Below the pieces are notes generated by a model. The model did not search any database. It was not told the DNA's origin and saw only the letters and a program-made list of their open reading frames with translations. DNA of 14,185 nt from Promethearchaeota archaeon (GTDB lineage: Archaea; Asgardarchaeota; Hermodarchaeia; Hermodarchaeales; Hermodarchaeaceae), in NCBI GenBank assembly GCA_048939245.1, contig JBHLPR010000059.1, positions 1 to 14,185 on the forward strand, read 5' to 3'. A program made the position numbers and the translations under genes. Of this stretch, positions 1-8,348 are shown one piece after another (the stretch's first letter is position 1; the number at the start of each line of letters is the position of its first letter).

Positions 1-1
1 C

Positions 2-91
2 AAAAATCGTCTCTACCAGTATCAATGGGAAGATGTATCTGCAACCATTGCGGCACTCAGACGGACTCTGCCTGAGGGCGATTCCGATTAA
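2..91 (+). CDS. 3' end of a truncated hypothetical protein, paralogous to the next ORF (185-799)
   Basis: Frame +2 reads KNRLYQYQWEDVSATIAALRRTLPEGDSD* with TAA at 89-91. It matches RYHLYKYRPEDIASTLATLLR of ORF 185-799 at 9 of 21 residues without gaps. It is absent from the ORF track because the window edge cuts it. Confidence 0.7.
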   Translation, partial: KNRLYQYQWEDVSATIAALRRTLPEGDSD

Positions 92-184
92 TTGAAATCG
101 CATTCTTAATCTCGTCTACTCAAATGGGAACAGCTTTATCCAACCAAATCTATACCCTCATCCGAGTGCGGAGGGATTAACCCT

Positions 185-799
185 ATGAACAACAGAAACC
201 GTCCTCCCTATGTGATTTCTAAACGGGTAAAAGTGCACCGGGCAAAAACTCTCTCTGATGAACTCTCCGCTCTTTCCTCCGATGAGCTTCGGCTCCTTCG
301 CCGGTTTAGTAAAGACCCTAAAGAACCCGGCATCCAACAAATCCTCGCAAAGCCATTGATGGAACACTATACCATTCAAGAACTCCGGGTTGCTTTTGCC
401 ATGCTCAGTGGTGCAGCTGGCACTCCATCCCCCGATCCCTTATCCGCTCCTGGTACCGTCCAACTGGGACAAACCTCGCATGATCATTTCACCGAAAAAA
501 CAACCTTAAGCCTAATTAGTGATCGAAATGTCCCACTGCCTTCACGATATTCACCTGAAATAGCCTCAAAACTCCAATCTATGGACGATGAGGAACTTCT
601 CCATCTTACCCGAAATATCAGCAATCCCAGCGACCCACGAAGCCGTTTCCTAATCATACGCTATCATCTCTACAAATATCGCCCCGAAGATATTGCTTCT
701 ACTTTGGCCACACTTTTGCGACTCCGACGTCAAGACCGGCGTCCTCAAAGAAAACGCCGTCCTGACCTTCGATCAGTCTCTTCTCCCCGCTTCCACTGA
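185..799 (+). CDS. Hypothetical protein with two copies of a ~52-aa predicted helical module and an Arg-rich C-terminal tail
   Basis: 204-aa ORF with a GGAGGG RBS-like motif just upstream. Residues 23-74 and 126-177 align without gaps. The tail reads RLRRQDRRPQRKRRP. No family recognised. Confidence 0.75.
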   Translation: MNNRNRPPYVISKRVKVHRAKTLSDELSALSSDELRLLRRFSKDPKEPGIQQILAKPLMEHYTIQELRVAFAMLSGAAGTPSPDPLSAPGTVQLGQTSHDHFTEKTTLSLISDRNVPLPSRYSPEIASKLQSMDDEELLHLTRNISNPSDPRSRFLIIRYHLYKYRPEDIASTLATLLRLRRQDRRPQRKRRPDLRSVSSPRFH

Positions 800-819
800 T
801 ATGATGCTCGGAATAAGGA

Positions 820-832
820 AGCACTTTTAACT
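820..832 (+). promoter_or_regulatory. Putative archaeal BRE/TATA promoter of gdhA
   Basis: A purine-rich stretch precedes CTTTTAAC (TTTTAA at 825-830), about 50 nt upstream of the probable TTG start at 879. Confidence 0.45.
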
Positions 833-878
833 AACCATTTCGTGAGTGCCACACACATCAAGAAATAGGTGTAACACT

Positions 879-2141
879 TTGGTAGCCAAATATAGTGCTG
901 ACCTCAATCCCTACGAAATCGCAAAACAACAACTCGAAATCGTAGCGAAAAAAATGAAACTCAATCCTGACATACTCGAACTTCTTAAAAATCCTAAACG
1001 TACACTCCTTGTCTCCCTGCCGGTGAGGATGGATGATGGAAAAATAAGAGTCTTTGAAGGCATGCGCGTCCAGCACTGGGACGCATTTGGTCCATTTAAA
1101 GGAGGCATCCGATATCATCCTCAGGTATGTATCGACGAGGTGAAAGCTCTAGCAATCTGGATGTCCATTAAAACTGCTGTTGTTGGACTTCCCTATGGGG
1201 GTGCAAAAGGTGGAATCGTGTGTAATCCGAAGGAAATGAGTCTCAACGAATTGGAACATCTCACTCGTCGATTCACCCACGAAATTATGGATATCATTGG
1301 TCCTTATCGTGATGTTCCCGCACCAGACGTCTATACAGGTGAACGCGAAATGGCTTGGATCTATGATACCTATTCCGAAGCGCAAGGATATGCTGTGCCA
1401 GAAGTTATCACTGGTAAGCCGATTTCCATCGGCGGAAGCCTTGGTCGACGCGAAGCGACAAGTCGTGGCGTCATTATTACAGTGCGAGAGGCTGCAAAAC
1501 GAATAGGCTTAAACTTGAAGGGGGCGACTGTGGCAATTCAAGGATATGGTAATGTTGGTTATTATGCTGCAGTCCTTATTACCGAATATGGGGCAAAAAT
1601 TGTCGCGGTCAGCGATTCTCGAGGTGGAATCTACAATCCCAAGGGGGTTGATCCCAAAAAGGTGATGGAGCACAAGGAAAAAACAGGTTCTGTTGTTGGT
1701 TTCCCTGGGACAAAGAAAATATCCAATGAAGAACTCCTGGAGCTACAAGTGGATATTCTTATTCCCGCCGCCCTTGAAAATCAATTGGTTGCTGAAAATG
1801 CTCCGCGCATTAAAGCGAAAATCATAGGAGAAGGGGCTAATGGTCCAACAACTCCCGAAGCTGATGAAATCCTTCATAAGAATGGGGTGTTTGTCGTTCC
1901 CGATATTCTCGCCAACGCTGGCGGCGTCACCGTTAGTTACATGGAATGGGTACAAAACCTCAACCGTGAATCATGGACCGAGGATGAAGTAAACAGCAAA
2001 CTCGAACAGCGGATGGTTCAAGCCTTCGACGAAGTATACAAAGTCCATCAACAAGAAAAAGTAATCATGCGCACAGCCGCTTATATCGTAGCTCTTACAC
2101 GGATTGCAGAAGCCATCGAAGCCCGCGGTATCTACCCCTAG
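879..2141 (+). CDS. gdhA: Glu/Leu/Phe/Val-family glutamate dehydrogenase, NAD(P)-dependent
   Basis: Motifs GPFKGGIRYHP, LPYGGAKGG, DVPAPDV, ITGKP, Rossmann IQGYGNVG, EGANGPTT and PDILANAGGVTVSY. The ORF track starts at GTG 846. TTG 879 is preferred because AGGTG (867-871) sits 7 nt upstream and the TATA position puts the transcription start after 846. Confidence 0.96.
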   Translation: MVAKYSADLNPYEIAKQQLEIVAKKMKLNPDILELLKNPKRTLLVSLPVRMDDGKIRVFEGMRVQHWDAFGPFKGGIRYHPQVCIDEVKALAIWMSIKTAVVGLPYGGAKGGIVCNPKEMSLNELEHLTRRFTHEIMDIIGPYRDVPAPDVYTGEREMAWIYDTYSEAQGYAVPEVITGKPISIGGSLGRREATSRGVIITVREAAKRIGLNLKGATVAIQGYGNVGYYAAVLITEYGAKIVAVSDSRGGIYNPKGVDPKKVMEHKEKTGSVVGFPGTKKISNEELLELQVDILIPAALENQLVAENAPRIKAKIIGEGANGPTTPEADEILHKNGVFVVPDILANAGGVTVSYMEWVQNLNRESWTEDEVNSKLEQRMVQAFDEVYKVHQQEKVIMRTAAYIVALTRIAEAIEARGIYP

Positions 2142-2262
2142 ACTTTACTTATCATTCTCTTAGTCACATAGAAAAGTTGCTACATATATATGCCCTAATT
2201 AAAAGTCTAAACTGATAAACCTGAATTTCTAAGTAGAAGATGAAAGGCTGGTGGACCTTTAG

Positions 2263-2934
2263 TTGCAATTTGGACTCTTAACTGGTATCATCTGGCTAAT
2301 TCTGATCCTCATATTCGTGGCAATCTGTGTCGGAATTTCACGTGACTGTGAGAAAATTAGAGATGAAACTCGCCGTGGACAAACATACTACCGTACCCGA
2401 ACCCGTCCACGACAACAAACCCAAACGAAACAGCAAGCCTATCGCAGCCAGTCTCACACACAATTCGCTCCAATTCAACTAAGCATGTGTCCCGAATGTC
2501 AAGCCACAATCCTTGCTGAAACTACAGTATGTCCTCACTGTGGCAGCCCCCAACCCATCTGCATCGTCTGTAATGGCGCTATTGTTCCCCTCGACTCTAC
2601 TCTCAGCTGCCCACACTGCCGAGGTCGAGCCCATCGCATCCATTTCCTAGAATATCTGAAAGTCAAAGGTGTCTGCCCCCGCTGCAAAACTGACCTTGAT
2701 CCCCATGAACTCATCGAAGATACCTTAAAAGAAGTACCTTCCATTCCTAGTAATAGCCTTGGACAGCTATGCATGGTCTGTAACAGTCCCCTTAGTTCAA
2801 CAGATGACATCTTACAATGTCCCCACTGTGGAAGTAGAGCCCATCGTATTCATCTGCTAGAGTATCTCAAAGTTAAAGGCAAGTGTCCCCACTGCCAGAC
2901 AGATCTAGATCCTGAAGACCTTCAAGAACCCTAA
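2263..2934 (+). CDS. Membrane-anchored zinc-ribbon plus tandem RING-variant protein (putative E3 ligase-like)
   Basis: N-terminal hydrophobic helix (GIIWLILILIFVAICVGI), a Q/R/T-rich linker, a CPEC...CPHC zinc ribbon, then two C-x2-C-x12-C-x2-C-x4-H-x2-H-x10-C-x2-C domains. TTG start with GGTGGA upstream. Confidence 0.8.
   Translation: MQFGLLTGIIWLILILIFVAICVGISRDCEKIRDETRRGQTYYRTRTRPRQQTQTKQQAYRSQSHTQFAPIQLSMCPECQATILAETTVCPHCGSPQPICIVCNGAIVPLDSTLSCPHCRGRAHRIHFLEYLKVKGVCPRCKTDLDPHELIEDTLKEVPSIPSNSLGQLCMVCNSPLSSTDDILQCPHCGSRAHRIHLLEYLKVKGKCPHCQTDLDPEDLQEP
2560..2931 (+). repeat. Intragenic tandem duplication of the RING-variant domain (copies start at 2560 and 2770)
   Basis: CPHCRGRAHRIHFLEYLKVKGVCPRCKTDLDP versus CPHCGSRAHRIHLLEYLKVKGKCPHCQTDLDP. 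Similarity is visible in the DNA, with mostly third-position differences in the core. Confidence 0.85.
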
Positions 2935-3040
2935 TTCAAATAAGATTTGATGCCATTGTTTGACTAGAGTTACTCATCAGACAAGTAGCACCACTCAAAA
3001 GTTCCCTAGCATTTGGTCAATCTATCCTTAACTAAATTTT

Positions 3041-3066
3041 GAAAACAATAAAGAAAAAAGAGAAAA
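3041..3066 (-). terminator. Oligo-T archaeal-type terminator of the glutamate-synthase-family gene
   Basis: The minus strand reads TTTTCTCTTTTTTCTTTATTGTTTTC about 20 nt after the stop at 3086. Confidence 0.5.
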
Positions 3067-3085
3067 GGGGCTGAGAAGTGGTCTC

Positions 3086-4684
3086 TCAGCCAAGCATCTG
3101 ATCGAAAACATCAGCCTCAATTTGATGAGGCATCCGAATCCCAGTAACCTCAGCCGCAAGGGGCGTGAGCGCCATCAGATCATTTCGATCGATAAGGTCC
3201 ACCTTGAACTTCCGCATCCCAGCAATCAACTGCTGAATACCAGTGCGAATCCGGTCAAAATAGGTATAGACACCAATGGCGGGTTTCGGAATTTCCTTAT
3301 ATCGATCACCATATTCGTGTTTCAGATCAGCAGAAGCAATGAAGAATTGCTCTGGATCGTCCCCATAGTCTTCCACGAAGCTCTTGGGCAATTGCCCATT
3401 TTTCGCTAATTCCACGAAATAATCTGACTTCATAGCCGCTGTGAGTGGTGAACGAGCGACAGCAACCGATTTAAAGAAGGGACCATCGCCAAAGTTGCTC
3501 ATGGCAATTGCCTTGACAATTTGGGCTTCATGGATAAATCCACCAGCAATCGAAATATCAGGGATATGCTTACCCTTCTTCTTCAAAATCTGGCACCCTT
3601 TCAACACCTGTGCTGCAAGATATACAGTCGGCGTACTCAATTCGTTCATATGAGCCATCGGGCTCATACCCGTTCCACCACCAGCTCCATCAACGGTGAG
3701 CATATCAACCTTGCCTTCGCTAGCAACTTTGAGAGCAAACGCCGTCGCCGCTGGGCGATACGCACCAGTCTTCAGGAAGACTTTCTTTGCCCCTTGCTCG
3801 CGGAGCCATTCAAGGTCTTCAATACAACTCAAGTCAGGCATACCAACACGACTGTGGCGTTCAAAGGTCTTGAAGGTGCCTGCCTTGAAGGCTTCTTGAA
3901 CTACGGGATCTTCAGGGTCAGGGAGGACAATGTACCCACGACTCTTAAGCAGCTTAGCCCGTTCAATTGTCTTCAGACGGACCTCACCGCCAATCGACTT
4001 GGCACCCTGCCCCCACTTCCGTTCAATCACATTCACATCCAGCTTGGAAATCGCATACACATCAACCCCAAGCCGTTGGTCTTCAACATTCGTCTGAATC
4101 ACGATGTCACCATGTTTACCATCCCAGAACTTCCGGTATGAATCAACACGGAACTTCAGATCTGGTGCTTTCGTAATCTCACCATTCGTAATCACACTAT
4201 TACTATCCATGGCCACTACATTCTCTCCAACCGTTTGGATGGTGCCAGCCATAGCAGAACCCATGGAAATGCCTTCCCAGTGGTTCTTGGCCACTGCGGT
4301 GGATCCGAGCCCAGCAATGAGCATCGGGAGCTTGAGGGGAATGCCGCCTACGGAGGTGGAGGCGTCAGCATTGGGAAATAGTGCTTTATCCGAATTGGCT
4401 TCGATTCCTTCGGCACCTTGAAGTGCGGCGAGGAGTTGAAAGTTTGACCAGTCGAGTCCAAAGTCTTTGTTCGCGGAAGCCGTGCTCTGTCCGAAATACT
4501 CATTCGTCGGATAGAGAACTTCGTGGCCCCGGAACGCAGATTTGCTGATCATGCAGAGGACTTTGCAGTCCCGGATACATATGCCGCACATTCCGCTGAC
4601 CGGGTTGGGGTCCCGTGTACGGAGGGCGGTACCATCGGTGGATCGTGCGTTTAATTGACTATCATCCATCACGATAAACCTCAT
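3086..4684 (-). CDS. Stand-alone FMN-binding glutamate synthase family protein (GltB FMN domain-like)
   Basis: Motifs ERKWGQGAKSIGGE, LKTGAYR, TVDGAGGGTGMSP and IAGG, plus an N-terminal CxxCxxxCxxxC cluster. The true start may be ATG 4669 (MDDSQLN). Confidence 0.88.
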   Translation of the reverse strand: MRFIVMDDSQLNARSTDGTALRTRDPNPVSGMCGICIRDCKVLCMISKSAFRGHEVLYPTNEYFGQSTASANKDFGLDWSNFQLLAALQGAEGIEANSDKALFPNADASTSVGGIPLKLPMLIAGLGSTAVAKNHWEGISMGSAMAGTIQTVGENVVAMDSNSVITNGEITKAPDLKFRVDSYRKFWDGKHGDIVIQTNVEDQRLGVDVYAISKLDVNVIERKWGQGAKSIGGEVRLKTIERAKLLKSRGYIVLPDPEDPVVQEAFKAGTFKTFERHSRVGMPDLSCIEDLEWLREQGAKKVFLKTGAYRPAATAFALKVASEGKVDMLTVDGAGGGTGMSPMAHMNELSTPTVYLAAQVLKGCQILKKKGKHIPDISIAGGFIHEAQIVKAIAMSNFGDGPFFKSVAVARSPLTAAMKSDYFVELAKNGQLPKSFVEDYGDDPEQFFIASADLKHEYGDRYKEIPKPAIGVYTYFDRIRTGIQQLIAGMRKFKVDLIDRNDLMALTPLAAEVTGIRMPHQIEADVFDQMLG

Positions 4685-4704
4685 GTTTGCTTCTGTCGTG
4701 GGGT

Positions 4705-4750
4705 CTTTACAATCGTAAAGGGTGTTTGCGTTTAGATGGTTGAGTTAAAA
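4705..4750 (-). promoter_or_regulatory. Putative TATA box of the glutamate-synthase-family gene with an inverted repeat near the transcription start
   Basis: The minus strand has CTTTTAAC at about 4744-4751. The inverted repeat CTTTAC-AATC-GTAAAG lies at 4705-4720. Confidence 0.4.
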
Positions 4751-4849
4751 AGACTTTGGTTGTTTGGTTCTGATTCTTGAACTTGTATGTCTTTGGAGAT
4801 AGAAAACCTTAAGCTGACTTATCATTAAATAGGGTGCGAGGTTTTGTCA

Positions 4850-5062
4850 ATGGGTGTCATCAAAGTCATTGAACTGGTAGGCAATTCGACGAAAAGCTGG
4901 GAAGACGCTGCTAATCAAGCCGTGATGACGGCTGCCAAGACACTTCGGGGACTTCATGGTGCTGACGTTGTTGGTATGACGGCAGTGGTCAAAGATGGCA
5001 AAATCGTCGAATATCGTGCAACTGTTAAAATCGCTTTCATGATTGAAGGCGTCAGAGAATAA
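4850..5062 (+). CDS. Dodecin (flavin-binding/storage protein)
   Basis: KVIELVGNSTKSWEDAANQAV...AAKTLRGL and IVEYRATVKIAF are typical of dodecin. GAGG at 4838-4841 favours ATG 4850 over TTG 4844. A TATA-like CCTTAAG lies at 4807-4813. Confidence 0.93.
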   Translation: MGVIKVIELVGNSTKSWEDAANQAVMTAAKTLRGLHGADVVGMTAVVKDGKIVEYRATVKIAFMIEGVRE

Positions 5063-5067
5063 TCTTC

Positions 5068-5113
5068 AGGGTGGAGGGATGGACTCCCGTCCCTCTGACC
5101 TTCTTTTTCTTTC
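5068..5113 (+). terminator. GC-rich hairpin followed by a T-tract after dodecin
   Basis: GAGGGATGG-ACTC-CCGTCCCTC stem (one G-U pair) followed by TTCTTTTTCTTTC. Confidence 0.65.
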
Positions 5114-5207
5114 ACGAGAAACCAGGTGATTTAACTCTGACCTCGAAGGGAAAACACACATTAATTCAAATTGGGTGTAATAGCCATAAATCCATTGAGG
5201 GTTAACA

Positions 5208-6314
5208 ATGACTGAAGAAGATGATGTATATCGGGCATTGCAACAGCACATGGATCAATTTCCAGTTAGGTTTCCGGCTAGGAAAGGTGGTGCAGAGATT
5301 CAGCTGCTAAAACGTCTGTTCAAACCGAAAGAAGCCAAGATTGCGACGAAGCTTCGATTTACGCCCCTCGCTTCTGAAACGGTGGAAGAGATTTTTCCTC
5401 GCCTAGCGGAGATGGGAATTTCAAAACAGGAGTTAGCAGCCACCTTGGAAGAAATGGCGAGAAAGGGTGTTATCAGCTATTACAGGGAAGGAAACACCAA
5501 ATATTTTGGTAATGCACTTTGGGCTATTGGCATTTTCGAATATCAGGTAGACAAACTCACACCCGAACTGCTAGCTGATATGCAAAACTACTACAACTCA
5601 CCCCCTGTTCAAGAAATACAGCGTACTGGCATCTCCCAATTGCGAACCATTCCCATTGGGGAAAGCATTCAACGCGAAGATAGTGTGGCTCAATATGACA
5701 ATATTCGTCATCTCATCAATGAGTCGGATGGACCCTTTGTAATCATTAATTGTATTTGTCGACAAGTGAAAGACCTTGATGGGGATCCATGTAAGGCCAC
5801 CAATCGTCGGGAACTCTGTTTTGGCGTCGGCAAGTTTGCCACTGCGTATACGGATTTCGGTTGGGGTCATGAGGTTTCCAAAGAAGAAATGCTAACGATA
5901 TTAAAACAAAATCAAGACGAGGGTTTAGTCCTCCAACCGAGTAACTCGAAAAATATTGAATTCGTGTGCAGCTGTTGTGGCTGCTGCTGTGGGCTCCTAG
6001 AAAGCGCCAAGACAGCTCCACGTCCCATTGATTATTTTCATGCAAATTACTTTGCTAAAGTAGATCCCGATTTATGCACTGGTTGTGGAACATGTGTCGA
6101 CTTGTGTCAGATGGATGCATTAACACTTGAAAATGAAATTTCAAAGATTAATTTAGATCGGTGCATCGGTTGTGGGGTATGCGTTGCAAATTGTCCTTCC
6201 GATGCAGTACAACTCGAAAAGAAAGATGAAATTTATGAACCCCCTGATACCTTCGAAGAAATGTATTCATTAATTACCAAACGACGAAAAGAGCTCGAAA
6301 AATCCAAAGAATAA
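5208..6314 (+). CDS. Cys-rich 4Fe-4S dicluster protein with an N-terminal wHTH-like region
   Basis: NCICRQ, C...ELC and CSCCGCCCG motifs, plus two ferredoxin motifs CTGCGTCVDLC and CIGCGVCVANCP. GAGGG RBS upstream. Confidence 0.88.
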   Translation: MTEEDDVYRALQQHMDQFPVRFPARKGGAEIQLLKRLFKPKEAKIATKLRFTPLASETVEEIFPRLAEMGISKQELAATLEEMARKGVISYYREGNTKYFGNALWAIGIFEYQVDKLTPELLADMQNYYNSPPVQEIQRTGISQLRTIPIGESIQREDSVAQYDNIRHLINESDGPFVIINCICRQVKDLDGDPCKATNRRELCFGVGKFATAYTDFGWGHEVSKEEMLTILKQNQDEGLVLQPSNSKNIEFVCSCCGCCCGLLESAKTAPRPIDYFHANYFAKVDPDLCTGCGTCVDLCQMDALTLENEISKINLDRCIGCGVCVANCPSDAVQLEKKDEIYEPPDTFEEMYSLITKRRKELEKSKE

Positions 6315-6382
6315 CAAACCTCAATCCTAAACTAGTCAAAATTGCTTGCTATAGGAGGTTATTTTGCTGAGCCTTAGGGTTA

Positions 6383-7066
6383 TCAGCGTCCACCGCTGAT
6401 GCGACCATCTGACATGGTGAAGTGTCGGTCTGCATAGCTGACGAGTTCTTGGTCATGGGTTACCACGACGAAGGTGATTTTTTCTTGTTTGTTGAGTTTG
6501 CGTAGAAGCTGCATGATACTTGCGCCGGTTTTGGTATCAAGATCACCTGTAGGTTCATCAGCAAATACTACTTTGGGTCTATTAACTAAAGCGCGTGCAA
6601 TAGCGGTGCGCTGTTGTTCGCCTCCGGATAACTGGCGAGGAATATGATCCTTGCGTTCCACCATGTCAACAGCCCGAATGACCTCCATCGCTTTGTCCTC
6701 AATTTCTTTGCCTTTAAGGTTCGTTGGCCACAGGGGCGCAGCGACATTTTCGTACACAGTCATTGTGGAGATCAGGTTGAACAGTTGGAAGATGAACCCG
6801 ATTTTTTCTTGGCGAATTTTGGGGAGAATTCTTTCATCAACGACGGTAAGATCCATTTGGTCGAAGATAATTCGTCCGTCCGTGGGGCGATCGAGGCCGG
6901 ATAAGACATTTAGGAGCGTGGTTTTACCACACCCGCTTTTGCCTTCAACGACAATGAATTCACCAGATCGAATGGTGAGGTTGATGTCCCGCAAGGCATG
7001 AATGATTTCACGACCGCGTCGATATTCTTTTTGAATATTTTGTGCCACAATAACATCGTCAGGCAT
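6383..7066 (-). CDS. ABC transporter ATP-binding protein, LolD/MacB/FtsE-like
   Basis: Walker [10 protein letters not shown]-loop GFIFQLFNL, signature LSGGEQQR, Walker [12 protein letters not shown] and VTHD. AGGAGG RBS upstream. Confidence 0.95.
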   Translation of the reverse strand: MPDDVIVAQNIQKEYRRGREIIHALRDINLTIRSGEFIVVEGKSGCGKTTLLNVLSGLDRPTDGRIIFDQMDLTVVDERILPKIRQEKIGFIFQLFNLISTMTVYENVAAPLWPTNLKGKEIEDKAMEVIRAVDMVERKDHIPRQLSGGEQQRTAIARALVNRPKVVFADEPTGDLDTKTGASIMQLLRKLNKQEKITFVVVTHDQELVSYADRHFTMSDGRISGGR

Positions 7067-7082
7067 ATCTTAGTATCCTCCT

Positions 7083-7655
7083 TTATTCGGGTCGGGTTAG
7101 CGCCTGCATCGGGCTGATGCGTAGTGACCTCCACAGTAGGATGAGAATTCCTGGAAGTTGTACAAACATTACGGCAGCAAAGGAGATTAACATGAAAAAT
7201 GGGTTAATCAGAATGTATCGAAGTGTATCTGGGATGAATATAACCGTGTTACCCAATGGGTCTAAGGTGAGCATGATGGCGATGGATCCGTAAATACCGG
7301 TAGCAAGAACTCCTAATAAGGCAATAGTAATCACAGCGGCGATTGTGATGAAGACGACTTCACCTAGGACCAGTTCACGGATATCATGGTTTGACCAACC
7401 TACACACTTCAACGTGGCGATATCGTCTTTTCGAGCATGCGCGAGCAACCAGGAAAAGATAATTCCCATAATCGCTCCAGCAACCAAGGTATAGCCGATA
7501 ATCACGGGTAATGTGGGATCTGATGAAAGGAAATACTGTCGGACGATGAAGGCAATCCAAGTAAGTAAAATCGCATAAGCGACAAGAAACACAATGAACC
7601 GCCGTGTTGTCCGCACACTAACCCGCCAGGCTTTGAAAAATATCCGGAATACCAT
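7083..7655 (-). CDS. Small FtsX/MacB-like ABC permease
   Basis: ARKDDIATLKCVGWSNHDIRELVLGE matches the R..EIA.LKA.G consensus of this family. The C-terminus is ISPMQAL and there are about four TM segments. It ends 16 bp before the ATPase start. Confidence 0.85.
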   Translation of the reverse strand: MVFRIFFKAWRVSVRTTRRFIVFLVAYAILLTWIAFIVRQYFLSSDPTLPVIIGYTLVAGAIMGIIFSWLLAHARKDDIATLKCVGWSNHDIRELVLGEVVFITIAAVITIALLGVLATGIYGSIAIMLTLDPLGNTVIFIPDTLRYILINPFFMLISFAAVMFVQLPGILILLWRSLRISPMQALTRPE

Positions 7656-7742
7656 TGTTATCCTTCCTCTACCATGTGGTCTGTATTCTCTATTGGCAGA
7701 CCCTTTAAAACTGCTTTGACTCCGTTGGCTGAATCAGTCCAT

Positions 7743-8348
7743 TTACGTTATTCGCTCAATAACATTCCGAGCATATGAACCGACCATTCGGGAGGCTAAT
7801 TGAATCAGCACAGTTACCATCAAAACAGCCAAGCATAGCACGATGATATTGGGGTAGATCGAATTCGTAATCAAATATAACACAGGAAGAAGGTACTTCC
7901 AGAGTAAGTAGATCGCATAAATCCCAGCAAGGGTGAAAAACACAGAGGAAAACGCAAATAATGAAAGAATTAGTTGCCCATCGCGGCTTCCAGCGGTAAC
8001 TTCACCGATTCCTTTACATAACACGAAACGCTCAATACGTCCGTGAAATCGGACAAAGAAACCGTAAAATAACATAAATACTGCAAAGGCAATGGCGCCA
8101 CCGATTAAAATCAAAAACACTACAATGTCTTGGTTATATTTGATTAAATCCCAGATACCGGTGAGAACCAACACATAACCAACTAGAGCTCCGATAAGTA
8201 CAAGAAGAGTCAGAAGTTGAACAATGAAAGTGCCTGTCGTAGCCTTAGAGAAAAGGCTATCAAGATTAACACCGCTTTTTGATTCCTCTGATGATTCTTT
8301 TGACAAGGTTTTTGGACTCCCAGAAGCAAAGTATGTAACCTCTCTCAA
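7743..8348 (-). CDS. Hypothetical membrane protein with about four TM helices
   Basis: Four long hydrophobic segments arranged as two hairpins, co-oriented upstream of the permease and ATPase. An alternative TTG start at 8306 is preceded by GGGAG. A TATA-like TATATAA lies on the minus strand at about 8375-8381. Confidence 0.75.
   Translation of the reverse strand: MREVTYFASGSPKTLSKESSEESKSGVNLDSLFSKATTGTFIVQLLTLLVLIGALVGYVLVLTGIWDLIKYNQDIVVFLILIGGAIAFAVFMLFYGFFVRFHGRIERFVLCKGIGEVTAGSRDGQLILSLFAFSSVFFTLAGIYAIYLLWKYLLPVLYLITNSIYPNIIVLCLAVLMVTVLIQLASRMVGSYARNVIERIT

Noticed and set aside
3122-4421. Several plus-strand ORFs, up to 206 aa
   Set aside because: They are antisense to the well-supported glutamate-synthase-family gene and are explained by codon bias.
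5967-5990. CSCCGCCC cysteine run as a novel motif or microsatellite
   Set aside because: It is a known conserved motif of this widespread 4Fe-4S protein family.
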